Shown: positions 24,116-37,235 of the stretch, piece by piece
How positions within the stretch are numbered: the stretch's first letter is position 1
How the letters are laid out: every line of letters begins with the position of its first letter
NCBI GenBank assembly: GCA_964016885.1
Contig: OZ024747.1
Location: 23,374,001 to 23,438,000, forward strand
Direction of reading: 5' to 3'
DNA from: Eledone cirrhosa
Taxonomy: Eukaryota
DNA: 64,000 nucleotides
Notes under the pieces: model-generated
What the model saw: the letters and a program-made list of their open reading frames with translations, nothing else
Told to the model about the DNA's origin: nothing
The model's database searches: none
Program-made: the position numbers and the translations under genes

Positions 24116-25037
24116 TTTTTATTTAGTGTTAAAGAGTAAAAACTAAAGAGTAAAAACTAAAAATATATATTTTTAAAATGAGGCCCCCGATGGTGCTATA
24201 GCTTATAGATAAGCCCAGCACTGGTGGTATCACCAGGGCCTTTCAGAGGGATGGGGTCCAGTCGGTACTTTGTTCCGGGACCCAAAAACTAAGAAGGCCC
24301 CACAGCAACCATATAACATCCATTTTGAGAAACATCTTTGCCTGCTTCGGCCCCCCAAAGGTGTCTTGTACCGCCTTGCCAAATTTCTCTTGGAAATCCC
24401 AAACGACTGGCTGCACCAGTTACGAGAACTTGATTGATTTTGAAACTTTCTTAGACTGGACGAAGAAACGGAACAACGGCGTGCAGAGCTCTGGAGATGC
24501 CCGGGCAAATCTTAATTGTATACCCCAAAGACTCAAGTATAAAGCCTAATATACTGAGAAATATTATGAGAAAGGAAAATATGTTGAATATATAAACACA
24601 GATGAAACATGAAATAAACACTTTATTCCGTTTTAATATAAATCAATCAAATTTATTAAGTGCTTTTCCCCAAACAATGCCCACATCCAAAGGATGCCCG
24701 GAGCCAACGTACCCCCCCCCCCCTGCACGCTACTGAAATGGAACCAAAATTAACATTGTCAATTTGGGATTTACAGTTGGCATTATAACGAGAAACAAGA
24801 TTCCTTAGATTTCTGATGAACTAAACTTCAAGTTATAGTCAATGTTCGCTTTAGTTAGATTTAGCGAAGATTTACCGTAACTTGCCATGGCCTGAGAAAC
24901 ATTTAGCAGGATATAAAATAATGATAATAATATTTGTAATCAACAGAGGTCACCAATATAGCTGTTTAATTAATTGTTACCATTTTAGCAGAAAATAATA
25001 TTATGCCATGTAATAATAATATCAACGACAATAATAA

Positions 25038-25222
25038 TAATTGTTTCTACTTTTGGCACAAGGCCAGCTATTACCCAGTGCATTACTGGTACTTTAGTTT
25101 ATCAACCCCGTAAGGATGAAAGGCAAAGTTAACCTCAGCGGGATTTGAACTCAGAATGGCAAGGGCCGTAACTCAATGCGTCAAAGAATGGCGTCCGACC
25201 CTCTACCGATACTGCCAATCCA
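25038..25222 (-). mobile_element. SINE family 1 copy within (AAT)n
   Basis: Full head, core and tail in reverse; flanking CAACGACAATAATAATAA repeated on both sides (TSD-like). Confidence 0.88.
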
Positions 25223-25778
25223 ACGACAATAATAATAATAATAATAATGTATTTTGTTGTAGCAGGAAAGGTATGGTTTGGTTATATGGCAATGTTAGTT
25301 GCATTGAGGTTCGGCTGTAAGTCTCAGGTTCTGTTGATAAGAACTCTGGAAAGGATCTTTCCATATCAATTAATAGCATCACAAGACTTTACAATGTTTT
25401 TACATATTTTATTTACAAACCGATTATAAAGGTTGAGCTGGCATGCCAAACAAAGAAATAAACAAATTAAGAGTTTAGTAGATACGGTCGACTGGCCGAG
25501 GTGCTGGCCAAGCCATAGTTATGTTGTTGTCGTTACATATTGGCTAGTGGTCGAACGGCAAAAGAAAAATGGTGTTACCTTTCTATGATCAAAGCTGCGA
25601 GAGACAGTATATCGAAAGAAAGCGGAAATCTCTGTTTAGGCGGAAGTTAGAAATATATATCCATGGGCGGCTCACGATTGACCTGACTTAGCCAAATCGT
25701 ACACGAATAGCCTATCAATGCGCCAAAGGAAAGTAGCTTGCTACAAATACAACGCACAACACACGCAAAGAAAATCGT

Positions 25779-26151
25779 TATATATATAAAAGCGAGGATG
25801 TGTGTGTATCTGTGTACAACTTTGCATACTTAAGGCTTTTACAATTACCAACTGAATTTGACCAAATTTTCTGTGCACGTTGCACAGGTCGCTAAGATTG
25901 TCACATCACAAACATTTTTCAAATCGACCCACGTTGAGCAATAAAAAATCAATATCAAAATTATCGGTAGCAAAATTGATGTAAACCAACTTTATTGACA
26001 ATCCTTATAAAAAAAGGGGAGATAACCAACTTTATTGAGGGAAATATAAACATCAGATTCATTTGAAGATAAATCACTAATATTATCGTTTGTTTCTTGT
26101 TTATTCTTTGTTGCATTTCAAACCACGGGCAACGCCGGGTAAATCTGCTAG
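25779..26151 (+). mobile_element. Non-autonomous Helitron-like element
   Basis: 5' TATATATATAAAAG..GATGTGTGTGT, 3' GC-rich hairpin-like CGGGCAACGCCGGG followed by CTAG|T. Confidence 0.7.
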
Positions 26152-26263
26152 TTATATATAATAGAACAACAACAAAAAATATATATATTCACATTGCAAC
26201 AAAGTCACAGATTCTTTTACGAAAGGTTTAGTGAATCAAATTGACTCCAGCTCGAGATAGGTA

Positions 26264-26434
26264 CTGTATTTCTCGGCGCCGAAGATGCTTCGTCCTCGAG
26301 GACGCATCCTAATTTTGACAACCAAAAATTAAAAAAATAATAATAATAAACAACCTTCGGCCTCCAGGGCGCATGGTAGATTTTTGAGACTTAATTTAGG
26401 AAAAAAGTAGCGTCTTCGACGCCGGGAAATGCGG
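26264..26434. mobile_element. Pogo/Tc2-like MITE (copies also 28697-28853 and 39036-39209; related family about 27490-27630)
   Basis: TIR C(C/T)GTATTTC(C/T)CGGCG...CGCCGGGAAAT(G/A)CGG flanked by TA. Confidence 0.78.
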
Positions 26435-29400
26435 TACTTATTTTTTCCAACTCTGGTTGGATAAAAACCAAAAACGACCTGAGGTGGAATTTGAATTAAA
26501 AAAAAACAAATTTTGCAGTTTAAACATGTAGTACGACCCAAGTATATGCATGTCATTCTAGCAGTGTCAAACTAAACTCAATATTATTGAAAGTTGATAT
26601 ATTTTTTTATCATAAACAAACGCCTACAGTCAGTAGATATAACACAAATAAACACACAACACATATGTATAAAGAGAAACAGAAATAAATTAATTGAGCA
26701 CAAATTCACTTAGCTGAAAATAAATTAACGGCTATCTTTACTCATCAACCTACTTGGTTGCTCACAAATGTTTTGGGTTTTTTTTAATGCCCCTTTATGT
26801 GTAGTCTGGTGTGAGCATTTCTTAAAAGACCTAGTTCGAAGTGTCCTACTTTGTCAAATATATACAGGATTGTTAACAAAATATCTGAATCTACGTAGCC
26901 TGTTATTCATACATTATAGTCAGCCTATTGTTGTTTAGTTCCATGTCAGTCTTGAATGTACAAATCTATGGCAATTATATCTGTTCAGCCATGACAATTG
27001 TATCTTTTTATACGTGAGAACTACATTATCCAACGTGTCCTTGCTTTCGTTCTCTCTCATCGTTTTTTGTAAAGAAAGTAGGCCGTGAATGAAGTCACGG
27101 CTGTTGTTTTTGGTAGATAGGGCGACTGCATAGACGCCCCTTCAATAGTTTCCGCCACCGCCAAAAAAATTGTTGATTATTGATTAATTAATTAATTATT
27201 CCTTGTTGAGCAAACCAATAATAAAATACGTTCTTTCATTGACTATTCCGTCTTTTTTATCTTTTGATAAAATGTACCCAGAATTACATTATATAGCATG
27301 TCTATAACCTTTTAAAGACAACAGGTATGATATGAGCGAGATTTGGCTCTTGTGGTTGTTTAGTGTGTGTGTGTGTTTAAAACATTTAAATATAAAAATT
27401 TGTTGAAAATATTTTCAAAGGAATGCGTAAATAACACCAATGACTATGAAATGTAGAAAAACAGTATTTCATTGTAAAATAATCACACTCCATATATTTT
27501 AGCCCCATATTTACGAGGATTTAAAGTTATGAAAATCGTCAAATTATTAACCCTGAATATAAGTCGACCCCATTTTACCATCTAGTTTTTTTGGTCACAT
27601 ATTCTTCGGCTTATATTCGAGTATATACGGTATTTCGATAACGAAGATTCAATTGACGGTCGGGTTAGTTCAGTCCACTTCATCTGCAGGCACGAGGATG
27701 ACTGATTTGGCTGATCTGGGATCGGCTGATCCGACAACAGCGGCCGCAAGAAAATGTCTAGGTTACGCTAGACTCTGTGTTGACACAGTTTTTCCGATCC
27801 TGGACTCGCACGACGGTTTACTTCAAATGCGCTGAAGTCAGTAAATCAAGGGAAAAAAAAAAAAAAACTATGTTTTTAATTGATTAATTTCTTCTAAGTA
27901 CATAGGCTGAGAAACAGTGCAGAGGTTCATTCGTTCGCACATGGTGATAATAGGGCCTCAAGATACAGACAGGTTTGTACTAGCTGTGTTGATGGAAATA
28001 CATTTAATGATTTAAATATTTTGAAAGGTGTATGTGTATCTAGACACGCTGTAAAAGAAAATAATATTAGCTGATCGATCTGTCATTTTCACCAGCAAAC
28101 TGATGGGCGACAGGTCCAGACCTGTTTTACCTTGTTCAAGTTTCTTAGCGAAATGCAGCATCTCCACTACTAATTAAACATATTAAATCGTACAATGTCG
28201 CGTGAGGGGTACTTCAGGGGAGTCTTCTGCGCACTAAATTCACAATACAGTCATGCCTCATATATCAGACCTGCCAACCTATAAAAACCCAAACGGAGAG
28301 TATCATGAAAAATAGTGACCCCAAACGAGGAGAAATGAGAAAAAATGGCGAGATTTCACATAATGATAGCTATACCCATTTTCACAAGAGAAGACATCTC
28401 TCACCCACCCCCAAAGGCTATTGCAAATCTCTCCGTCAGATGGGAAGAGTTAACAGGTCTGCATGTATGTACTATAGAAAAGATGGGGAAGGCATGTGAC
28501 TTAGTGGTGACGGTGTTTAGCTCATGATCGTATGGTCACGTGTTCGATTCCAGGCGGCGCGTTGTGTCCTTGAGCAAGACAATATATTTCACGCTGTTCC
28601 AGTTTACTCAACTATAAAAAGGAGCCGTACCTTTATTTCAAAGGGCCAGGCCTTGTCACACATTCTGTCACGTTGAATTTTCCAGAGAATTAACCTTATT
28701 TCCCGGCGCCGAAGACGCTTCGTCCTCGGGGACGCACCCTAATTTTGACAACCAAAAATTTGAAAAAAAATAATAAACAACCTTCGGCCTCCAGGACGCA
28801 TGGCAGATTTTTTAGACTTAATTTAGGAAAAAAGTAGCGTCTTCGATGCTGGTAACGTTAAGGGTACAATAATTCCTTTCCAGCGAAGTCTGTTTTTGTT
28901 GTTATTGTTATTGTTTAACCCCAAGTCAGCGTTAATTGAGCAAATCTGTGATCAAAAATATTCCAGCCACAATCCCGCCGTCCTTCATTATCTAATGTGT
29001 GGTTTTTTTTTTAAACGATGCAGTGTTTGTGGAATACTCAGCCCCTTGCATGTTAATTTCTGGGATACTCGTCGTCGGAACTGACAGATGTACAACACTC
29101 AGCAAGGTGAAAAAAACTTCGATTTATTGGGATTATTGAAACAAATATTAAATAAAAGCCCTCTCTACAGGTGTCTAAAATCTAAAAATAACTCCCATGA
29201 GATTAGTAGATCGAAATTTATGTACTAGTGACAATACAAATTGGCGTGGATCTGGATTTTGAAGCCTAAAGAAATACTCACCAAAATTAACCGGCATTTG
29301 CATGGTTATTACAATTAAAAACATATTTTCAACGATTTTGTCAGAAGGAAGGAGTAATGTATGTGACCTTTCTTTCTCCGAGTCGGATGAGATTGAAACA

Positions 29401-32400
29401 GCTGTTATGCAGCTTAAATATTGGTAAATTGACGTCAGCAGGAAAAGGGAGCCGAACAAACCAATGGAGCCCCTTGTTGTTCAATCAACGAACTATCCTG
29501 CTCATGAAATTAACGTGTAAGTAGCTGAGTTTTCCATTGACACGTGTACCATTCAGGGAGATTCAGCATGATGCAGTGTGTGACAAGACTGGCCTTTTGA
29601 ATTACAGATACAGTCCATCCGACGAGCTTCCAAACAGTTCCTGTCGACCTAATTTCACTCCAATCCAAGTCTATGATAAATAATACTTAACTAAGATGCC
29701 ACGTAGTAGGATCGAAACCAACACCTATTAATTAGGAAGAGAACTTAATCATTCAACAGACTACCCACTGCACAGAACTCTGTTTTGCCTTTACAGCAAC
29801 TGTCAAAATGTGATTGACAATTTAACAAAAAACTTACTGCGGGAGACATTGAAAAACACGAATTTGTTACCATTTACAATGTTAGTATTTCTGATGTCTC
29901 ACATATCTTATAGTTTCTCATATTCTCATAAAGTGGTATGGATGTGGAAAATTGTGCTACAGAGTGGACCATAAAACCTGGACATTCTCTGGTAGCATCA
30001 ACTGTTTGACACCACTGGAGGGAACAATACTGTCGGAAAGTATCGACATCGTAGAGATCTCTAGTCAACAGCGGATGCAAGGAATATCTATAGAATATGA
30101 ATGTATGAATATATAAGTTAATGTAATCTCTTCCATGTTCTATTGTATTAGTGTTTCTAGATTATCTAACATCGACAGTATGCTCATGGGAAAATTTACA
30201 TTATAGTTCGCAATATCAGTAAGGAATCATAATCACATTATTAATGAAATACATGAAAACATACTATTTATTCCTTCATTCATTCATTGACTCATAAGTG
30301 TGTATTTAAGCGCGCGCGTTGATACTTCGCCGATATATATATCGCTGAATGATATAAATATCTTGAGAGAAGAACGAAAAATTCATGAACTCCTTTGCGA
30401 TATTTGTTCTGTATCGAGGTACAAAATACTCTATTGAGATTCTCGTTGCATATATGCAGTTAACCAATGATGAACTCGTAAACTTCTAAACAACGACGCT
30501 ATTATTTGCCAATTGCAATAAATAAATAAATAAATCAGGTCATGCTGGCTCACCATGGTGAGCCAGCATGACCTGAAACAAATAACAAAATGAAATAAAT
30601 AAGTAAATAAATAAATATAAGGCTAACCAAATCGGCTTATAGACCATACAATTATTTTAGTGGAGAATTGGGTATTGAAATGATAAGAATGGGATTTAAG
30701 CATTCATATTTTAAGGAGAGGTTTTATAAGTGCTTTTGTATATCTCTATGTACATGACTGAGAGAGAGAATGCGAGGGAGGGAAGAGTAAATAGAGAAAA
30801 ATGTACTGTATTGGTCTGTGTGTGCATATGTGCATTCGTGTATGTCTGATAGCCTAGAACTGTTCAAAAGACGAAAGCCTTTTTATATAAATTTTGCGAA
30901 TGTGGGCGTATATGTGTGTGTTGTGTGTATGTGCAGACGTGATGTGTGTGCGATTTCTAACGATTAGTGTTTGTTGTTGTTTTGCCCAAGGTGTTGTCTC
31001 TCTAGAACGACCTTATCTTTTGCAACTCTCTCTCTCATCTACGTGCTACTGTTCAAGAGAAACGTTATTGACAATAATGGTTTCTGATTTAAGCACAAGG
31101 CCAGTAATTTGGGGGGAAGGAAAAGTCGATTAAATCGACCCAGTGTATTACTGCTACTTTATTTTATCGACTCCGTAAGGATGAAAGGTAAAGCGAGCCT
31201 TAACGTTAATGACAACAATGGCGTTAATCTTACCGGTTTCAAAGGTTATGTTTTTCCTTTTTTTAAGGTCGCAAGGAAATTTGACTGCTATTTATAGTAC
31301 GTCTAATGCTCGACTGGAGCAAGAGTTGGCAACAAGTGGGCCATTGAAGTGTTCTCTGGGAGGCTTCAGACCTTTTTTAAATGTTAACATGTAAGATATT
31401 ATATAATATATACATGTGAAGGTGCGTGGCTGAGTAGTTTCAGAATTGGATTCGCAATCGCAAGGTTGTGAGTTCGATTCCCGGACCGAGTGATGCTCTG
31501 TCTACCTGGAGTTGTGACCGATAGATAGTATTAGCAATTGGAAAGACTTTAGCAGAGTGGTAGAATCAGTGGTCGTTACTTTAACAGGGTAGATGATTGA
31601 TTGATGGTCGTTAGTTGCCAGTGTGGTAAGTGATAGTATCCTCGTTGGATTATCTTGTCGACATAGACGTGAGGGAAGGTCCCTCGATCTATTTACAATA
31701 TTCCTTTCGTCAGGTCGCCAATTCCAGCAGCATGGGTTATATATGTTATTGAGACACGAGAAACATAATAATGATTTCAACAGCAGTAATTAGAGATGAA
31801 ATGTATGTTTATTTTTGATGTAGCACAAACAATGTTTGTTAACTTATATGGTTGAAGTTACAGATAAAAAGAGGTTACAAAAGGGAATGTGCCATTGCGC
31901 TGTTAAGCCGGCGAGGCTAGGGTGCAAGATCTCACCGTTACATTATGCGTGTTGCTGGGTTGAAGTTTCTGGTACAAGAGAGAGATTCTTCAAATCTTCG
32001 CGGGGAATTTCTTCCTCAGGGTGCGTAGGGATACATCCTCTTCTACTGGCGCTGATTGGCTGAACTGAGCCAAATCACGCACAGAGAATGTATGTGAGCC
32101 CGCGGAATGTAGGTCACTACAAGACCAATAGAAACATTGCTTCCTCGATCCGATTTGACGAAAGTCGATCGACTATATATATATATATATAGTTAGTTTA
32201 GCGAGGTTTTTTATATGAAATCGTGTGTCGAAACAAATATTGTTATACTTGGGGAGGGTCATATTTGTGTAATATTGCCAGAATTAATAACAGAACACAC
32301 TCACTGTTTGGTTGGTTTTCGCTTCTCGCTGTCTTTTATATCTGCGATCTAACTTAATCGGTCCTCAATGTTGCCATTGACTGACCGACGGTCAAAAATA

Positions 32401-32449
32401 ATACAGATACAATATAGACACAAACACATATATATAGTTTACATAATTT

Positions 32450-32492
32450 ACATAAATCTTTCGTTGCACATCTGCAACATCGTCAGTGGTGT
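32450..32492 (-). ncRNA. Hammerhead-like motif in the PLE pseudo-LTR
   Basis: CCA-CTGACGA-T-GTTGCA-GATG-TGCAAC-GAA-AGATTT-A; core and stem II are clear, stems I and III are weak. Confidence 0.6.
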
Positions 32493-32764
32493 TATATTTT
32501 TTCCTCCTGTTGTGTTGTATGTCTACGCCATTTTTTATTCAGTCTGTCTATATATTTATTTATTTATTTGCTTGTTTGTTTATTTTATTTTGTCTTCTTT
32601 GCGCATGCGTTTGCGTGTGTGTATAGTGTTATGTTTGCTGTGTGACTAGTGTGTATAGTGTTGTGTCTGCTGGGTGACTAGTGTGTGTTTATGTGCTTGT
32701 TGTTATTGTGCTTGTGTATGTATTTATTTATCTTATTTTATTTTATTTTATTTTATTTACTTAT

Positions 32765-33640
32765 TTATACTTCTCTTAGGTCAGTGTTGTTTGTTTGGGT
32801 GTTGTCGTTGTTCCACTCATTCTTTCTGTTTAGCTTTGGTCTTCTAATTTCTATTTCACTGGCCGCTCTGATTTGCCTATCTGCTGGGTCATTCCTATGT
32901 TTAGATATTATTCTAATTTCTATGTTGTCTATGTTACCGTCATGTTGTTGTCTAGCATGTTCGTATAGTACTGACCCGTTTTTTCGTCCTTTTAGTTCCC
33001 CCCAGTGTTGGTCTATCCTTTCACCTATGCTACGAGCTGTTTCGCCTATGTATGTTGTTGTCATGTTTCTGCAAGTACCCTCTGTACATCTTATGCTATA
33101 GACTACGTTTCTAGTTTTACAGTTTATCCGGGGGTTCACCTTACATATGATACATTTCCTATTGGTACAGTGGGTTTTCTTAAAGGGGTAGGTTTTGCTG
33201 ATCAGGGATTTTATGGTGGTTCCTGGCTTTTCTACCACCTTTATATTTAAGTGGGTCTTTCTCAGGGCCTTTCTACAGTGGTTAGCTAATTTCCCTCCAG
33301 GGGTGGCGTCCACAAACATGACACTCTGATATCTCTGGTTGTCGTACCATGATGTGGCCTTCCCTATCTTATGTCTAGCCCTATCTAAGCTATTCCATGA
33401 TTTGCTCCTGTATAATGGGCAAATTCCTTTCATGTCCAGTTCTATGAGGGTCTTATACTTTTCCATGGCTCCTTCGTATACTCTGACTCTGTCTCTTTGG
33501 TTGTAGCCAGAGAACTGCATGCGGTTGATGAAGTGTTGGATGTGTCTTTCCATTTCTGTTGGGTCACACATGCTGGACACATTCTTCATCACTCGTACCA
33601 AATCTGCGATCAGAATATTAAACTTAGCACTACTGGACAT
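32765..33640 (-). CDS. PLE polyprotein C-terminal portion: RT thumb, Cys linker and GIY-YIG endonuclease (291 aa open, RT core missing)
   Basis: MQFSGY; CTNRKCIIC..C linker; NVVYSIRC...C...YIGETARSIGERIDQH....SVLYEHARQQH...RQIRAASEI...PKLNRKNEW. Confidence 0.88.
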   Translation of the reverse strand: MSSSAKFNILIADLVRVMKNVSSMCDPTEMERHIQHFINRMQFSGYNQRDRVRVYEGAMEKYKTLIELDMKGICPLYRSKSWNSLDRARHKIGKATSWYDNQRYQSVMFVDATPGGKLANHCRKALRKTHLNIKVVEKPGTTIKSLISKTYPFKKTHCTNRKCIICKVNPRINCKTRNVVYSIRCTEGTCRNMTTTYIGETARSIGERIDQHWGELKGRKNGSVLYEHARQQHDGNIDNIEIRIISKHRNDPADRQIRAASEIEIRRPKLNRKNEWNNDNTQTNNTDLREV

Positions 33641-33843
33641 TGCTGAGTTTTTGAGTATCAGGTATCAGCGAGAAGCGAAAACCAACCAAACAGTGAGTGT
33701 GTTCTGTTATTAATTCTGGCAATATTACACAAATATGACCCTCCCCATATATATATATAGTATTAATAATAAAATTGAAGACTAAAATCCAAAGAGGGCT
33801 CGATAAGGAAAATATATATCAAATATATAAGAACCGTAGAGCA

Positions 33844-34343
33844 AATATTTATTAAAGTAACAGATTAAAGTTTAAGCAAAGAATCGCTGCTTTCACCCTT
33901 AACGGGATCTTCTGAAACTAACAAAGTCAATCTGTGAACGCAGAACTGGATATTTCAAAAAACGTTGCAACCGGAGGAAGACAGGAAGACGATACTTTGG
34001 TTCGTGGAAACGTTCGCTGGCAAAGAACGGGAAAAAACAAATAATACGTCATTAATACACTGTGTATTAATACACATTAATACACATTAATACACTGGGT
34101 AATTGCTGGCCTTGTGCCTAAAGTAGAAACAATTAATAGGAGCGGTGAAAAACAATTATGCGCAAAGACAGATTGCCAGCGAACGTTTCCATGAACCAAA
34201 GTATCGTCTTCCTGTCTTCCTCCGGTTGCAACGTTTTTTGAAATATCCAGTTCTGCGTTTACAGATTGACTTTGTTAGTTTCAGAAGATCCCGTTAAGGG
34301 TGAAAGCAGCAATTCTTTGCTTAAACTTTAATCTGTTATTTTA

Positions 34344-34350
<7 letters not shown>
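33844..34350. mobile_element. Fold-back element, ~180-bp inverted arms, next to (TA)n, with degenerate HHR-like core
   Basis: Arms 33844-34023 / 34172-34350; CAGAAGA-T-CCC-GTTAA-GGG-T-GAAA at 34282-34305. Confidence 0.7.
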
Positions 34351-34415
<65 letters not shown>

Positions 34416-35999
34416 GAGGTGTTCTTTATAGGCCTCAGACATTTTCAAATGTGAATGTGTGAAATATTATATAATATATACAGGTGGGGCATTAAGGTTT
34501 TCTCTTCCTGGTACTTTATTTTATCGACCCCGTAAGGATGAAAGGCAAAGTTAACCTCTATAATATATGTAGGCCATTGAAGTGTTTCCTGTGAGCCTCG
34601 GAGTTTTTCAAATGCTAATATGTAATATATCATATTAATAATAAAAAGTAAAAAAAGTAAAAAAAAATTGGCGATAACAAAAACTAGTTGTTAGAAATTC
34701 CAGCAATGATTTATGCTTTATGACTTTTGTTTCTGTGTAAGAAGTTTGTATTTGTGACGTCTTCTGATGAAGATTAAGAAGGTAAAATATTTTTCCAATT
34801 GACACATTCACATAACCAAATAACCAGTAGACCTTTACCACTTTAATACTTCTATATTATATTTGTTAAGAGAAGATAAACAGACCGTTAAAAATTATAA
34901 ACCATATAAAGTGAATGGCTTTCATATTGGAACTAGTATTTCTGATTGTTTGTAGACGTAAGAATTAGAGTATGTCTCCGATAGACTCGCTTTGTTCTAT
35001 TTCAATGAATTACTTGCTAATCTTTGTTTTATCAACGCCGGATTGTATTGAAAAAAAAAGGAAAGTCATCTTCAATGGTATCTGACATCAGAACTAATAT
35101 TCCGAACAGAATTTTACATAATTGTTTCTACTTTTGGCACAAGGCCAGCAATTACCCAGTGAATTACTGGTACTTTATTTTATCGACCCTGTAAGGATGA
35201 AAGGCAAAGTTAACTGCGGCGGGACAAAAGAAAACCCACCCCAAAGTGAATAGATCTCCCCGTCGGACGGGGAGAGTTGACAGGTTTGGATTCGACCGAT
35301 TATACAATTCCAGTCCGTGTTGTGAAGTGACTAACAGGGAGTTTGTTGACATGGACACAGCATAGGTAATCAAATGAAGAGAGATGAACGATTTGAAATA
35401 ACACAAAACCAGGTAGTTCTGGAGAACAGAGGTCATTGTAGCAGCGGTAGAAAAAATGATGAGAGAAGGGAAAATACGTTTGTCGGACAGAGGTTGAATT
35501 ATATTTGTGAGTGACTTCATGTGAGTCATGTTAGTGGCTTTTCTTTAAAAGTGGTCTAGGATGTCTGTGTGTAGGGTAGCAACACCGTCCCTACGTTTTG
35601 TTGATCGTATGTGTGGGGAGGGGGGGGGGGGGGGGTCAGAATATTCTAGGTAGGCATTTTGGGGCGTTTTTTATAAACTCTACTTTTAAAATCTGAGGGT
35701 GCACCATTGAAAAGGGGAGGGAGGCAGTGCCATCCGGAACCGCCTCCATTCCCTCATGACAAGGGCATGGGTCCAAGATGTGAGGAAGTACTCCATTACT
35801 CCATTGTGGGTCCCAGCTGAGCTTTGTACGTGATTACTAGCTGTTATGGGATGAAGGACGAGTCCGGCGCAGATGAGTAGATTTTAATGAGGCGGGAGAC
35901 AAACAAACACCAACCGCTCAAACTTGATCCTCACAGGACTTCTTGTGGCGAAAAGGATCCAGGACAGACTAGAATCCAGACGAGGACCTCAAAATATCC

Positions 36000-36830
36000 A
36001 GTCTGTCAGAGATCGTCTTGATGCTCGCCTCCAAGCACCAATTACGTGTTAAGATGATTGCAGAAGGAACAGGCTTAGATAGAAATACAGTTCACAGAAT
36101 TTTAACAGACTATTTGTACATGCGAAACATTTATGCAAAACTAGTGCCCAAACACTTGTCTGTGGAGCAAAAAGCAAACTGGAGGGTTTGCAAGAAAGAT
36201 TTAAAATTGAGCCAAATTTCTTGGATAAAGTAATAACAGGAGATGAATCATGGGTGTTCGAGTACGATCCACAGACAAAACGACAAAGTGGGGAGTAGCA
36301 CATGAAATATTCTCTTCGTTCGAAGAAAGCAGCATGAGCAGATCCAGGAGGAAAACTATGATTATCATTTTTTTCGACAGCCGCGGTATTGTTGGCAAAG
36401 AATGTCTACCTCCACTACAGTCATTTAATCACACTTCCTACAAAGATGTCTTGGAACGACATCGAAAACGGGTTCAGCGAGTCCGAAAAGACATTGCAGA
36501 AGCTAAGGTATTGCACCACGATAACGAGCCTGCTCACACAGCACTTTCAATTAGAGAATTTCTGACGAAGAAAACCATTCCCATTCTTTCACATCCACCC
36601 TACAGCCCAGATCTAGTTCCGTGTGATTTCTACCTCTTTCCTAAGTTGAAATCGAAGTTGAAGGGTCATCATTTTGTCATCAAATTGTAACCGACGAGCT
36701 AAGGACACTTACAGAAAATGACTTCTGGTACTGCTACAATGAATGAAAGAAACTTGGAACAACTGTGTGACTTCTCAAGTGTCGTATTTTGAAGGAGATA
36801 ACTTGTAATTTCGTGCACGTCTGATATATA
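36000..36830 (+). pseudogene. Mariner (Tc1/mariner, D,D34D-type) transposase remnant, frameshifted
   Basis: HTH: IAEGTGLDRNTVHRILTDYL..R..AKLVPK.L; ITGDESWVFEYDP; KTMIIIFFDSRGIV; LHHDNEPAH; HPPYSPDLVPCDFYLFPKLK. Confidence 0.92.
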
Positions 36831-36835
36831 TTTCA

Positions 36836-37235
36836 TCATCCGGCGGCCTCAGCCGAAATCGACTCAACAATTGATCCCCACGTGGGTCTGTCGTTCATTG
36901 CCGTTGCAAAGTCCTGGATTTCAATACCAGAATCTCTGTTATTAGTGACTGCTTGTGGTTTCCAAAGCACTAATGAAGACACAGCCTCATAGGTGGCATG
37001 ATGGCAGTGGCCAGCAAATCTTACTCTCCTTTTACGTACAACGACAGATATGTGTGGGAGGCCGGCGTATATCTCTCTCAAAAGCAAATGTCGGCAGCTT
37101 ATGTTCTGACTGCGTTGAAGCAGGCGAGTGTAAGTGTCATCAAGGTGCTTTTGTTATTTGGATGAAAAGGTCCATGTTTCACTTCCATTTAAATATAACA
37201 TCAGTACCCTTACTTTTGGGACAAGCCTCGTAATG
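36836..37235 (-). mobile_element. RTE-like LINE 3' fragment
   Basis: LYLNGSETWT...LDDTYTRLL..., EIYAGLPHIS...RRVRFAGHC....VSSLVLWKP...AMNDRPTW. Confidence 0.8.

Larger units (their letters stand above)
32192..33747 (-). mobile_element. 5'-truncated Penelope-like retroelement (C-terminal GIY-YIG, Neptune-like) with 3' pseudo-LTR and inverted terminal pLTR fragment, inserted in (TA)n
   Basis: ORF 32765..33640; 33666-33747 is the reverse complement of about 32250-32330; TA tracts at 32174-32191 and 33748-33759. Confidence 0.9.

Noticed and set aside
29421-29470. CRE site TGACGTCA with nearby CCAAT boxes
   Set aside because: Short motifs expected by chance; no linked transcript identified.
31700-31720. 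Minus-strand CTGACGA as a possible hammerhead core
   Set aside because: No properly placed stem II/GAAA/stem III found downstream.
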